Source of the DNA: a virus
Taxonomy: Duplodnaviria > Heunggongvirae > Uroviricota > Caudoviricetes
IMG/VR virus record: IMGVR_UViG_2703718787_000017
Direction: 5' to 3' (one strand)
DNA length: 64,000 nt
A program made the position numbers and the translations under genes. Shown here in pieces: positions 29,596 to 39,238 of the stretch. The stretch's first letter is position 1, and the number at the start of each line of letters is the position of its first letter. Below the pieces are notes generated by a model that made no database searches, had not been told where the DNA came from, and was given only the letters and a program-made list of their open reading frames with translations.

Positions 29596-30810
29596 ATGAA
29601 GATCGTAAAGGCTGAAGTTTTTGTTACCTGTCCGGGGCGTAATTTCGTCACATTAAAAATCACCACTGAGGACGGTATTACGGGCCTTGGGGATGCCACC
29701 CTCAATGGACGTGAGCTTTCCGTGGCCTCTTATTTGCAGGATCACCTTTGTCCGCAGCTTATTGGTCGCGATGCGCACCGTATCGAAGATATCTGGCAGT
29801 TTTTCTATAAAGGTGCTTACTGGCGTCGCGGTCCGGTTACGATGTCGGCCATTTCAGCGGTTGATATGGCGCTGTGGGATATTAAAGCCAAAGCTGCCAA
29901 CATGCCGCTTTACCAGTTACTCGGCGGCGCGTCTCGTGAAGGGGTGATGGTTTATTGCCATACCACCGGTCACAGTATTGATGAAGCTCTGGATGATTAT
30001 GCCCGTCATCAGGAGCTGGGATTCAAAGCCATCCGCGTGCAGTGCGGAATCCCTGGTATGAAAACCACCTACGGCATGTCGAAAGGTAAAGGTCTGGCTT
30101 ATGAACCCGCAACCAAAGGACAGTGGCCGGAAGAGCAGTTGTGGTCGACGGAGAAATACCTCGATTTCATGCCGAAATTGTTTGACGCGGTACGTAACAA
30201 GTTTGGTTTTAATGAACATTTGCTGCATGACATGCACCATCGCTTAACGCCTATTGAAGCGGCGCGCTTTGGTAAAAGCATTGAAGATTATCGCATGTTC
30301 TGGATGGAAGACCCGACGCTTGCAGAAAACCAGGAATGCTTCCGTCTCATTCGCCAACATACCGTCACACCCATCGCAGTGGGTGAAGTCTTCAACAGCA
30401 TCTGGGACTGCAAACAACTGATTGAAGAGCAACTCATCGATTATATCCGCACCACGCTGACCCATGCAGGCGGAATTACCGGTATGCGCCGGATTGCCGA
30501 TTTTGCTTCGCTGTATCAGGTACGTACTGGCTCACACGGTCCTTCCGATTTGTCACCAGTCTGCATGGCTGCAGCGCTGCACTTTGATCTGTGGGTCCCC
30601 AATTTCGGTGTCCAGGAATACATGGGTTATTCCGAACAAATGCTCGAAGTCTTCCCGCACAACTGGACTTTCGATAACGGCTATATGCATCCGGGAGACA
30701 AACCGGGTCTTGGCATCGAATTCGATGAAAAGCTGGCGGCGAAATATCCCTATGAACCTGCTTATCTACCAGTCGCACGTCTGGAAGATGGCACGCTGTG
30801 GAACTGGTAA
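29596..30810 (+). CDS. rspA: starvation-sensing protein RspA (enolase-superfamily dehydratase)
   Basis: [40 protein letters not shown]…; 404 aa. Confidence 0.95.
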   Translation: MKIVKAEVFVTCPGRNFVTLKITTEDGITGLGDATLNGRELSVASYLQDHLCPQLIGRDAHRIEDIWQFFYKGAYWRRGPVTMSAISAVDMALWDIKAKAANMPLYQLLGGASREGVMVYCHTTGHSIDEALDDYARHQELGFKAIRVQCGIPGMKTTYGMSKGKGLAYEPATKGQWPEEQLWSTEKYLDFMPKLFDAVRNKFGFNEHLLHDMHHRLTPIEAARFGKSIEDYRMFWMEDPTLAENQECFRLIRQHTVTPIAVGEVFNSIWDCKQLIEEQLIDYIRTTLTHAGGITGMRRIADFASLYQVRTGSHGPSDLSPVCMAAALHFDLWVPNFGVQEYMGYSEQMLEVFPHNWTFDNGYMHPGDKPGLGIEFDEKLAAKYPYEPAYLPVARLEDGTLWNW

Positions 30811-30821
30811 GGAGTAAGATA

Positions 30822-31841
30822 ATGAAAAGCATATTAATTGAAAAACCGAATCAACTGGCGATTGTCGAACGTGAAATACCCACCCCGTCAGCGGGTGAAG
30901 TACGAGTAAAAGTGAAACTTGCCGGAATTTGTGGTTCAGATAGCCATATTTATCGTGGGCATAATCCTTTTGCGAAATATCCGCGCGTCATTGGACATGA
31001 ATTCTTTGGCGTCATTGATGCGGTGGGTGACGGCGTGGAAAGCGCCAGAGTCGGTGAACGTGTTGCTGTCGATCCGGTGGTCAGCTGTGGGCATTGCTAT
31101 CCGTGCTCTATAGGTAAACCGAACGTTTGTACGACACTTGCTGTATTAGGTGTGCACGCTGACGGTGGTTTCAGTGAATATGCCGTGGTTCCGGCAAAAA
31201 ATGCGTGGAAAATTCCTGAAGCAGTGGCCGATCAATATGCGGTGATGATCGAACCTTTTACCATTGCGGCTAACGTAACCGGACATGGTCAACCGACTGA
31301 AAATGATACCGTTCTGGTTTATGGTGCCGGTCCAATCGGCCTGACGATCGTTCAGGTATTAAAAGGCGTCTATAACGTTAAAAATGTGATTGTTGCCGAT
31401 CGCATTGATGAACGACTGGAAAAAGCGAAAGAGAGCGGGGCAGACAGGGCGATTAATAACAGCCAGACACCGCTTGGCGAGATTTTCGCTGAAAAAGGCA
31501 TCAAGCCGACATTAATTATCGATGCGGCTTGTCATCCTTCTATCCTGAAAGAGGCCGTTACGCTGGCTTCTCCAGCGGCACGTATTGTATTGATGGGCTT
31601 CTCCAGTGAACCGTCTGAAGTGATTCAGCAAGGAATTACCGGAAAAGAACTCTCTATTTTCTCTTCACGCTTAAATGCAAATAAATTTCCGGTTGTTATC
31701 GACTGGTTAAGTAAAGGGTTAATTAAACCAGAAAAATTAATTACCCATACGTTTGATTTCCAGCATGTTGCTGATGCCATTAGTTTATTTGAACAGGATC
31801 AAAAACATTGCTGCAAAGTCTTACTCACTTTTTCTGAATAA
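30822..31841 (+). CDS. rspB: starvation-sensing protein RspB (Zn-dependent alcohol dehydrogenase family)
   Basis: MKSILIEKPNQL…GICGSDSHIY…GHEF…CGHCYPC; 339 aa. Confidence 0.95.
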   Translation: MKSILIEKPNQLAIVEREIPTPSAGEVRVKVKLAGICGSDSHIYRGHNPFAKYPRVIGHEFFGVIDAVGDGVESARVGERVAVDPVVSCGHCYPCSIGKPNVCTTLAVLGVHADGGFSEYAVVPAKNAWKIPEAVADQYAVMIEPFTIAANVTGHGQPTENDTVLVYGAGPIGLTIVQVLKGVYNVKNVIVADRIDERLEKAKESGADRAINNSQTPLGEIFAEKGIKPTLIIDAACHPSILKEAVTLASPAARIVLMGFSSEPSEVIQQGITGKELSIFSSRLNANKFPVVIDWLSKGLIKPEKLITHTFDFQHVADAISLFEQDQKHCCKVLLTFSE

Positions 31842-31898
31842 TACCAATAACGGCGAGTAAGTAGTACGCATCTTACCTCTTTTTTAGAGATAACCATT

Positions 31899-32009
31899 AT
31901 GACAATAGAAAAACATGAAAGAAGCACTAAGGATTTGGTGAAAGCAGCAGTATCGGGATGGCTGGGCACTGCGCTTGAATTTATGGATTTCAAGAGTCAT
32001 GCGTGTTAA
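31899..32009 (+). pseudogene. 36-codon ORF between rspB and the prophage integrase; possibly the 5' fragment of a host gene split by prophage integration (att region)
   Basis: ATG at 31899; hydrophobic transporter-like start; assignment to a specific host gene is inferred from E. coli K-12 gene order only. Confidence 0.3.
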
Positions 32010-32028
32010 CTATTTGATAAATATTAAA

Positions 32029-33324
32029 TTAATTTTTCATTGATTCGTTATGGGGCATGGTTGGGGCAAACTCGCTTAACTGTGTATTTAACAAAGCTAC
32101 CTGTGCATTATTGTTTTCAGACATCCATTTTCCGTATACCTGAAATACCATTTGCGCATCTGCATGGCCCATCTGGTTTGCTATAAATGCCGGGTTAGCA
32201 CCAGCTGTCAGCGACCAGCAGGCATAAGTATGTCTCGACTGATATGATTTTCGATGGCGGAGTCCGGCACGTTTTATCGCTGCGTCCCACATCTGCCTTA
32301 TTGAGTCAACGGTAAAATGGTCACCATAATTTTTTACTCTCGCTGACACTTCAGGTTGAAAAACAAAGGTGCATTTTTGTTTTTCTGTTCTGCCATACTC
32401 TCTGAGGTGAACATCAATGATATGCTCTTTGCTCAGTCTCGTTAATGTCATCTGACTCCGGAGAGCGTCGATTGCTGGCTTAATAAGATGAATGGCCCGA
32501 TTGGTTCCCGCCTGTGTTTTTGGTACCGTGAAACGGTCTTTTGCTAAATTTCTCCTGATCATCATTGTTCCATTTTTCAGATCTATGTCCTCCCATCCAA
32601 GTGCACACAGCTCACCAGGGCGAACGCCAGTATAAACAGAAACACACCATAAATTTTTTGCTTGCTGATTTCTGCACGCATCGATAAGACGGATAAATTC
32701 CTCCCGCGAAAGAGGATCCGGAATGGTTCTTGATTCCTTTAATGGCGAGATCCCCTTAAACGGATTATCTGCCAGGTAACCGTTATCAACACCAAACTGG
32801 AACACGGCGTTAAGATTTGTCATGTAATTATTTACAGTTACAGCCGATCTCCCTGGTTGTGTAACAATATAGTTACTTTTGGGGATCTGGTATCCAGTCA
32901 GTAGCTCTTTACGAACCTCCAGTAATTTTTCTTTATTAATCGATGAGGCAAGATTTTTTTCACCGATTATGCTCAGGATATTTTTGATGACGGCACGGTA
33001 TGTGTTGAGTGATGTTTTGGCGACTTCAGTTTCTTTCAGTGCCAGAAATTTTTCAGCCAGTTCTTTTATGGTTAAATCTTGTCGGGCCTCACCAAATTTT
33101 TCCAGATTGCGTGAGGAGGGAAACTGTTTTGCATAGTCGAAAACACCAGTTTTTATTGCGTAACAAACAGAGGAGCGTAGTTCACCTGCAACGCGCCTGT
33201 TTTTTGCTGTGTCAGGAACCCCCAGATTTTCCCTGACTCTTACGCCTTTATAAACAAACCAGATACGTAATTTCCCTCCATGGTTTTCCACGCCTGTCGG
33301 ATATTTCATTTCAACTTCTCTCAT
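32029..33324 (-). CDS. prophage tyrosine integrase (intact IntQ-like)
   Basis: N-terminal arm-binding-type region …GGKLRIWFVYKGVRV… and C-terminal HRKSYQSRH…VFQVYGKW (His-x-x-Arg … Tyr). Confidence 0.9.
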   Translation of the reverse strand: MREVEMKYPTGVENHGGKLRIWFVYKGVRVRENLGVPDTAKNRRVAGELRSSVCYAIKTGVFDYAKQFPSSRNLEKFGEARQDLTIKELAEKFLALKETEVAKTSLNTYRAVIKNILSIIGEKNLASSINKEKLLEVRKELLTGYQIPKSNYIVTQPGRSAVTVNNYMTNLNAVFQFGVDNGYLADNPFKGISPLKESRTIPDPLSREEFIRLIDACRNQQAKNLWCVSVYTGVRPGELCALGWEDIDLKNGTMMIRRNLAKDRFTVPKTQAGTNRAIHLIKPAIDALRSQMTLTRLSKEHIIDVHLREYGRTEKQKCTFVFQPEVSARVKNYGDHFTVDSIRQMWDAAIKRAGLRHRKSYQSRHTYACWSLTAGANPAFIANQMGHADAQMVFQVYGKWMSENNNAQVALLNTQLSEFAPTMPHNESMKN

Positions 33325-33343
33325 TAGTTAGTGTGGCTTTTAG

Positions 33344-33595
33344 TCAAGTAAGATGACATCTTGGTCTCGCTGATGCTTGGCGCTCAATCCAGCGATCAAT
33401 TTCTTCCAGGTTGTAAAAGCATGGACTGTTATCCCATGGCATACCGTCATGAGCGACATGCTTATATTCCCTTCCTTCCATAAACGATTTTTCCCGAGCC
33501 TTTTTTAACGTACCTTTTTTTATTCCTTTCAGCGCAATTAACTGCTCTTCGGATACCCATTTGCCGGGAGAGACAATCATGATTACTTCGCTCAT
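33344..33595 (-). CDS. small DNA-binding protein, excisionase-like (AlpA/Xis-type), immediately upstream of int
   Basis: 83 aa; position and size typical of xis; family not verified. Confidence 0.55.
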   Translation of the reverse strand: MSEVIMIVSPGKWVSEEQLIALKGIKKGTLKKAREKSFMEGREYKHVAHDGMPWDNSPCFYNLEEIDRWIERQASARPRCHLT

Positions 33596-33667
33596 CGATT
33601 TCTTTATCTCTTACATCAGACGAGCGCCGGTTGCAGAATACCAGTCACAACCGGCGACAGTTGAACA

Positions 33668-36139
33668 TTAAGAATCAGCCTGACTCGGGATCAGTTTTTG
33701 CCAGATAACTGAAACGTATTTTGCCTGGTAACGGGCGTCATCAAGTGCATTATGGCGCTCACCTTCGAATGGAATAGCCGTTCTGGCATCGAAGTCTATG
33801 GCTTTCCCCAGCTCAACGATTGTGCGTACATCGCGATCGTTGTAGTAACGCCACGGGCAGGGGATCCCCTGCCGTTCATATGAACGGCGCAAAATCGTGT
33901 TGTCGAAGTTGGCTCCATTTCCCCAAACCTGAACAAAAAATTCACCGGAGTTTTCGTCGATAAATTCCCGCAATTGTAACAGTGCATCATCTAACGGGAT
34001 TTCATCGGTCATAATGGCAGATTGCGCTTCGCGTGATTGCTTAAGCCACCATTTAATGGTGTCCCGATCAATGACTCCGCCAGCAGTTTCCAGATCGATA
34101 GTCTTACTAAATTCCGGTCCCATATCTCCGGTTTGCGGATCGAAAAATATTGCACCTATTGAGATGATCGGGGCATCAGGATTTTTTCCCATGGTTTCAA
34201 GGTCGATCATTAGATGGTCACACGTCCTGCTGGTGGATGTGATTTCGTGATGACCGTTCACCTTAATTGGGTGATCTGCCGTCTCGCCAGTTTCATTATC
34301 GCTATTGTGATGCTGATTGCCGCCAGTGTTCTCCTTGTGTGGATGTTCAGCGCCTTCCATTTCCTCCGGATCATCTTCCTGAACTTCAACCTGATACTCT
34401 TCATCGAATGTTTCTTGGTATGTTGCGTCGCCCATCACCGCGCCACAATCAGGGCAGTTGCCGCCGCCGGTCTGACCGCAGGCGGTGCAGACCTTTTCCA
34501 CTTCCTGTTGCGCCACTGGTTCAGGCTGTTTCGTTTCTGGCTCGTTTTGTAACGCATTTGGACTGTTTTGTTCCGCTTTTTGGTAGTTCCGTTCCGATTC
34601 ATGCTGGTTCTGGTTCACAGAATCGCGGGTCTGGATCCCCTTAACCCATTTCGGATCATTCGGGTCACTAATCCCTTCAACAAATTCACCACGTGATGCA
34701 GCAAGCAACTTATCGGCGTCAGGCTGGCTGATATTGGCTGCCTGCATAATTTTGTTTACTTCGTCAGCGGTAACTTTTATCGGCTCTGGTTGTTCTGAAT
34801 CTTCAGCGGTATCTACATTTTGCGGTAAGCCCGTGTATGTGCCATTTTTTCGGGCAAAATATTCTTCTTTTGTGATTTCAGTGGCGCCAGCAGCCAGTGC
34901 CTTATCCAGACCAGAAAGTTTGTTTGCGCGACCGTATTTTTCTCCGTCCTTATCTGCGAAGAGGAAATAGAACGGCCCCTCACGCTCTACAGATGGTTCA
35001 GCTTCCGGCGCGGTTTCATTTTTTGGGATATCAGATACCTCAGTTTCCACTGCATCAGTTTGTGTTTCTGATGACTGGAGAACATCAACAGTGCCCAGGT
35101 CTGTTTCTTCATTCTCAAACACGCCCTTTGTCGTCAGGTATTCGCAGATATATTTGTTCAGTGCTACGGGATCTTTGTGAATGTCGATCGGACGCTCACG
35201 GACAAGGCCAAAAATAGTTTGGCGGTCGTAGCGAAGGGCATCAGGCTGTTTGCGCATTGATGCCGAGATACGCTTCCAGTCTTCGCGGTCGTTGTCGATA
35301 ACTTCTTTTTTTGCCCAGCGATGGATGCTGCCGTCAATGTTTCCGGCATCCACATCACCAGGCCAGAGAGCGTAGGCCAGTTCGTCATCCAGTGTTTTCC
35401 ATGTCTGCTTGTATTCGCGATGAATGGCAGCAATGACCGGGCTGATTTTTCCTGTTGAATTTTCAGTGTACTGTTGATTGGCTCTGGCGCGGGCGAGATC
35501 AACAACAGACGTGTATTTTCCGGTTTCCTTGCGTTCACCTTCGCGACGTTTTTTCCAGATGCGCATCTCTGCCTGAATTTCGGGCCATTTAGCACCAGGA
35601 ATACATTTATGCTTAACCCACCCAATGGCGTGCAACTTAAGCTCCGGATACATGGCGTTAACTTCTGGCATTTTCATCAACGCTTCAACGATATGTCCGT
35701 CGAATGTTGCCATGTCTTCCTGCAACAATTCCTGTGCGCTAATAACCATATCAACGGTGATGTTTTCACATGTGTCGAACTTAACCATGACAGCGTTCTG
35801 TACTTCAGGGGCCAGCTTGTCAAAAGTGACGTTCATCGGATCGGATTCAGTCTCAACCGGGACAAAAGAAGCAGACTCCTCATCCCAGCGGTTTTCCTGC
35901 ATATATTCAGCATCCCATGAATCGAGGGCAGGGCGGGGTATGCCAGGTTTATCCTCGCAGACAATAAATTTATAAGCGCAGTCCTGAGCAGCCGGATAAT
36001 GTTCCAGGAATTGCCAGTGAAATTTTGCTCGAGCACGGCGTTCGTCGCCAGCTTCAATGGCTGTGGCTACAGCCACAGCGCCTTCTTCCCTTGTTGCCAG
36101 TTCGTCAGGAATAGCGGCGCAAATAAAGACTTTACTCAT
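33668..36139 (-). CDS. 823-aa protein with C-terminal DnaQ-like (DEDDh) 3'-5' exonuclease domain; full-length counterpart of the K-12 ydfE remnant position
   Basis: C-terminal motifs DLETMG…(Exo I) and HNALDDARY (Exo III, His-type); long acidic N-terminal region. Confidence 0.8.
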   Translation of the reverse strand: MSKVFICAAIPDELATREEGAVAVATAIEAGDERRARAKFHWQFLEHYPAAQDCAYKFIVCEDKPGIPRPALDSWDAEYMQENRWDEESASFVPVETESDPMNVTFDKLAPEVQNAVMVKFDTCENITVDMVISAQELLQEDMATFDGHIVEALMKMPEVNAMYPELKLHAIGWVKHKCIPGAKWPEIQAEMRIWKKRREGERKETGKYTSVVDLARARANQQYTENSTGKISPVIAAIHREYKQTWKTLDDELAYALWPGDVDAGNIDGSIHRWAKKEVIDNDREDWKRISASMRKQPDALRYDRQTIFGLVRERPIDIHKDPVALNKYICEYLTTKGVFENEETDLGTVDVLQSSETQTDAVETEVSDIPKNETAPEAEPSVEREGPFYFLFADKDGEKYGRANKLSGLDKALAAGATEITKEEYFARKNGTYTGLPQNVDTAEDSEQPEPIKVTADEVNKIMQAANISQPDADKLLAASRGEFVEGISDPNDPKWVKGIQTRDSVNQNQHESERNYQKAEQNSPNALQNEPETKQPEPVAQQEVEKVCTACGQTGGGNCPDCGAVMGDATYQETFDEEYQVEVQEDDPEEMEGAEHPHKENTGGNQHHNSDNETGETADHPIKVNGHHEITSTSRTCDHLMIDLETMGKNPDAPIISIGAIFFDPQTGDMGPEFSKTIDLETAGGVIDRDTIKWWLKQSREAQSAIMTDEIPLDDALLQLREFIDENSGEFFVQVWGNGANFDNTILRRSYERQGIPCPWRYYNDRDVRTIVELGKAIDFDARTAIPFEGERHNALDDARYQAKYVSVIWQKLIPSQADS

Positions 36140-36232
36140 TTTGTTTTAACCTCATGACAGATTTAAGGATGAACAAATCCCTGCCATTGCTGGCATATAA
36201 GAATGAAACCGGATATTTATTACGGAACTGTT

Positions 36233-36424
36233 TTAAAGACCTGCCGGGATTTCGATATTATCCTGGTGAATAACTTTATCGACCGGGTAACAGTTACCGG
36301 GAATTTTCTGTTCGGTTGCTGCAGTCATACACTCCTGCATTGTCCTGTGAACACTGACTGCAATATCAACTGGCACTCCGGAAACAAGAAAAACTGTCAG
36401 AACAAGCGCAAATGCTGAATTCAT
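36233..36424 (-). CDS. ydfD: Qin-type small lysis-associated protein YdfD
   Basis: 63 aa MNSAFALVLTVFLVSG…VDKVIHQDNIEIPAGL; start overlaps dicB stop. Confidence 0.8.
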   Translation of the reverse strand: MNSAFALVLTVFLVSGVPVDIAVSVHRTMQECMTAATEQKIPGNCYPVDKVIHQDNIEIPAGL

Positions 36425-36609
36425 TGTGCACATCCTTTTGGCATCAGACGTAAACGAGCCAGCATTGAAACAATGCATATTTTATTTAATAGCTCCCGTT
36501 CTTGTTTTCTCTTGTTAATGGCATCTTCAGTAAATACAGGGTTACTGATAGTGACACCAATTTCAAAACAACCTTCAGACGTATTAACGTTTGGTAATAA
36601 CGTTTTCAT
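36421..36609 (-). CDS. dicB: cell-division inhibitor DicB
   Basis: 62 aa MKTLLPNVNTSEGCFEIGVTISNPVF… recognised as DicB. Confidence 0.85.
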   Translation of the reverse strand: MKTLLPNVNTSEGCFEIGVTISNPVFTEDAINKRKQERELLNKICIVSMLARLRLMPKGCAQ

Positions 36610-36783
36610 TATCGCGTCCTCAACAATGAATTTTGTGATGCAGTGCCTGGTGCCTCCAGGTGACGTTAACCAGTTAACAATTAACGTCGGATACAGAGAA
36701 TCCACCCATAACACTGTTTTTGGTTTTAACTGTTCCGCGTGCGCTTAGCCGCATTCACCGCATCACAAAATTCACTTTAAAAA

Positions 36784-36836
36784 CGGCGGCAGAGCAGTCA
36801 CGGAGTAAAACTGATACCGCCAAACGTCACCAGAAA
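36784..36836 (-). ncRNA. dicF: DicF small RNA (ftsZ-targeting Hfq-dependent sRNA)
   Basis: Minus-strand sequence TTTCTGGTGACGTTTGGCGGTATCAGTTTTACTCCGTGACTGCTCTGCCGCC matches remembered DicF; 175 nt upstream of dicB as in K-12. Confidence 0.8.
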
Positions 36837-37113
36837 ATTGATAACAGAGGGCGTTGCAGCGGGGTTGTCACTTAAGCGTATGGTCAACCTGACAACTCGG
36901 TGTCCTCAACGGGGAAGGAATAACCCCGCCATACTTACCGCCGCGCCATTTTGCGGGTTGCCACAACCGGAAGCGCACGGTCGAATTAAATTTAACGACA
37001 CCGTACAGCGAGACGAACTTCGCCGTGCGCTTTCGTGTTGTGTGCCTGCTTTTAACCACGTCAGGCGAGGTGGTATCCTTAAAATCACCACAGTTTTAAG
37101 GATTCATTAAGCA

Positions 37114-37434
37114 ATGTCGCAACCACCAATAAATCCGCTTAAGAACATGAAAATTGATTACTGGTATAAAGCGCTTACAGTTGTTGGCGCTGCGTTGTTT
37201 GTCTTTAATGGAACGTCTTTTTTTGACAGATATCCCGTTGTTCCATTGGGTTTTTTGTCCTCCGGCATCTTTTTTATTGGTTTGGGGGAGTGGATTAATC
37301 ACCCTCTCAAAGTGAGATTTATTGGTCCTGGAGTTTGGACTCGTGGATATAATAGTTCTTCGTGCGCACTCGGTATCATCTTCGACATACTTGGTTGTTT
37401 CCTGATTGTTACAGGAGTCGTCAAGTTCTTCTGA
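37114..37434 (+). CDS. putative small membrane protein with three predicted TM helices, antisense to the dicA-dicB operon
   Basis: 106-aa ORF with three clean hydrophobic segments; RBS weak (GGA 12 nt upstream); conflicts with a minus-strand ORF at 37299-37547. Confidence 0.45.
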   Translation: MSQPPINPLKNMKIDYWYKALTVVGAALFVFNGTSFFDRYPVVPLGFLSSGIFFIGLGEWINHPLKVRFIGPGVWTRGYNSSSCALGIIFDILGCFLIVTGVVKFF

Positions 37435-37482
37435 TGTAAAACCGCAAATGGGGCACGTAACGGGAATTTTGAAAAGCGTTTC

Positions 37483-37671
37483 TCAGGGTTCCAGAACAAA
37501 ATTTTCTGCGGTCTGATTTTGCTTCTCATATTTGTGCTCCGCGTCATTGTGAGAGCACATTCTTATTCTGAGTGCCTGTTTAAACTCACTGAAGCTGAGA
37601 GCTTCTTCGCCTTCGGCAAGGCCTTCGAAGTATTCTTCGTAAGCCTTTTCCATGATTGTGTCGAAATCCAT
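37483..37671 (-). CDS. small acidic protein, YdfB-like
   Basis: MDFDTIMEKAYEEYFEGL…; start 1 nt after ydfA stop. Confidence 0.55.
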   Translation of the reverse strand: MDFDTIMEKAYEEYFEGLAEGEEALSFSEFKQALRIRMCSHNDAEHKYEKQNQTAENFVLEP

Positions 37672-37672
37672 A

Positions 37673-37828
37673 TCACTCACCTGAGTTTCTTTCCAGCCAG
37701 CGACGGGCACCATTTTCGGTTTTAAACGTTTTGCTTTTGGTATACGTCATCGCGGTGAACGTACCGTCCTGGTTGGGGAATACGCCACATACCAGAGATT
37801 CGTTGTTGCCAAGATCGATAGTATCCAT
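37673..37828 (-). CDS. ydfA: small protein YdfA
   Basis: 51 aa MDTIDLGNNESLVCGVFPNQDGTFTAMTY…. Confidence 0.7.
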   Translation of the reverse strand: MDTIDLGNNESLVCGVFPNQDGTFTAMTYTKSKTFKTENGARRWLERNSGE

Positions 37829-38020
37829 GCTGACCTCATTTCCCCTTAACGCCGGGGTAGCGGAACTGTTTGCTGAGAACACCGTGCGGTGTCTTGATGG
37901 AGGTAATTTAGTTTTCTCATTGTTTTTCGTCAAGGTTTTTTGATGAGAAAACTCAAGTATTGGCGCAAGATAAAGCCAATACATTGAAATGTAAGGCTTT
38001 AAAATTTTGTGAAGGGATGA

Positions 38021-38428
38021 TTATTGATGCTTGTTGCGTTTGCGAGCCTCTAATAGCTCGGTGAACAGGCGATTAAAATTCTCAACGCGGGCGCGGAGTT
38101 CGCTGAGTTGTGCTTGTTGCTCTGATTTAGGAAGTGCGCGATACAAACGCAGCATCTCTAACTCATCTTCCGATAAGTCTAAGGCACTATCGAGTGAAAC
38201 AGGGGGAGCTGGTGTTTTGTCCTCGTCGCCAAACAGTATCCAGGTTGGTGAACATTGCAATACCTCGGCGAGGCGATGCAAATTTTGCCCGCGCGGGGCT
38301 GTATGGTCACTTTCCCATAATGAAATTGATGAGCCAGATACGCCAGCAGCTTTGCTTAAACCGTTTTGACTTAAGCCTACCTGCTTACGTCTTTCTCTAA
38401 TGCGTTGACCTAAAGTTTTCTCGTTCAT
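38021..38428 (-). CDS. dicA: DicA-like XRE-family HTH repressor (135 aa)
   Basis: HTH region QRIRERRKQVGLSQNGLSKAAGVSGSSISLWE; C-terminus …LQCSPTWILFGDEDK… as in DicA; divergent from dicC. Confidence 0.85.
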   Translation of the reverse strand: MNEKTLGQRIRERRKQVGLSQNGLSKAAGVSGSSISLWESDHTAPRGQNLHRLAEVLQCSPTWILFGDEDKTPAPPVSLDSALDLSEDELEMLRLYRALPKSEQQAQLSELRARVENFNRLFTELLEARKRNKHQ

Positions 38429-38505
38429 ATTTAGATATCTTAATAACCCTTGACTTGAGATTCCTTGAGTGATTAGCATTGAGAAAACTCAATATTGGAG
38501 GTGCG

Positions 38506-38733
38506 ATGTTTAAATCAGACGTAATTAATTTTTACGGTACGAAAGCCAAAGTAGCGAAAGCTGCTGGCGTTGACCCATCTGCTGTTTCTCAATGGCAAGA
38601 GCTGGTTCCTGAAGGTCGCGCGATGCGTCTACAGGAGGCATCTGGCGGCGAGCTTCAGTATGATCCCAAGGTTTATGACGAATATCGTAAGACGAAGCGG
38701 GCGGGGCGGTTGAACAATGAAAATCACTCCTGA
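38506..38733 (+). CDS. dicC: DicC-like Cro-type regulator
   Basis: …GRAMRLQEASGGELQYDPKVYDEYRKTKRAGRLNNENHS matches remembered DicC C-terminus. Confidence 0.8.
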   Translation: MFKSDVINFYGTKAKVAKAAGVDPSAVSQWQELVPEGRAMRLQEASGGELQYDPKVYDEYRKTKRAGRLNNENHS

Positions 38734-39238
38734 ACAGGCTCGTGAGGCTCTGGATGCCTGGATATGTCGACCAGGAATGACACAGGAGCAGGCGACGATA
38801 TTAATCACTGAAGCATTCTGGGCTTTGAAAGAGCGCCCGAACATCGATGTTCAGCGTGTCACAGATGAAGGTGGCGCGGTTGATCAGCGAGCGCTTGGCG
38901 TTAATCGAGTGAAGATATTCGAACGCTGGAAGGCTATCGACACCAGGGATAAGCGTGAAAAGTTCACGGCGCTAGTGCCTGCAATTATGGAGGCTATCCG
39001 GATTAATGATTTCAGGTTGTATCGTGAAATTAGTGACGGAAAAAGCATCACGTACATGATCGCCGGGTTAAACAAAGAATATGGCGATGTGGTGGAGTCC
39101 GGACTGCTTTTTGCTGATCCTGCCGTAGTGGATCGTGAAACTGACGAACTTATAGAAAAAGCAATTGCTTTCAAACTTGCGTATCGACAGCAATACCAAC
39201 AAAAAGCTGGATGGAATTATGAGCCTTCTTTTTGCTGA
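38717..39238 (+). CDS. hypothetical early-region protein (CII/YdaT-like position), 173 aa
   Basis: ORF overlapping dicC end; family assignment by position only. Confidence 0.5.
   Translation: MKITPEQAREALDAWICRPGMTQEQATILITEAFWALKERPNIDVQRVTDEGGAVDQRALGVNRVKIFERWKAIDTRDKREKFTALVPAIMEAIRINDFRLYREISDGKSITYMIAGLNKEYGDVVESGLLFADPAVVDRETDELIEKAIAFKLAYRQQYQQKAGWNYEPSFC

Noticed and set aside
37299-37547. Minus-strand 82-aa ORF in the ydfC position
   Set aside because: Arg/Lys/Pro-rich, poorly protein-like, and overlapping a convincing three-TM plus-strand ORF; I could not match it to YdfC from memory, so it is left unannotated.
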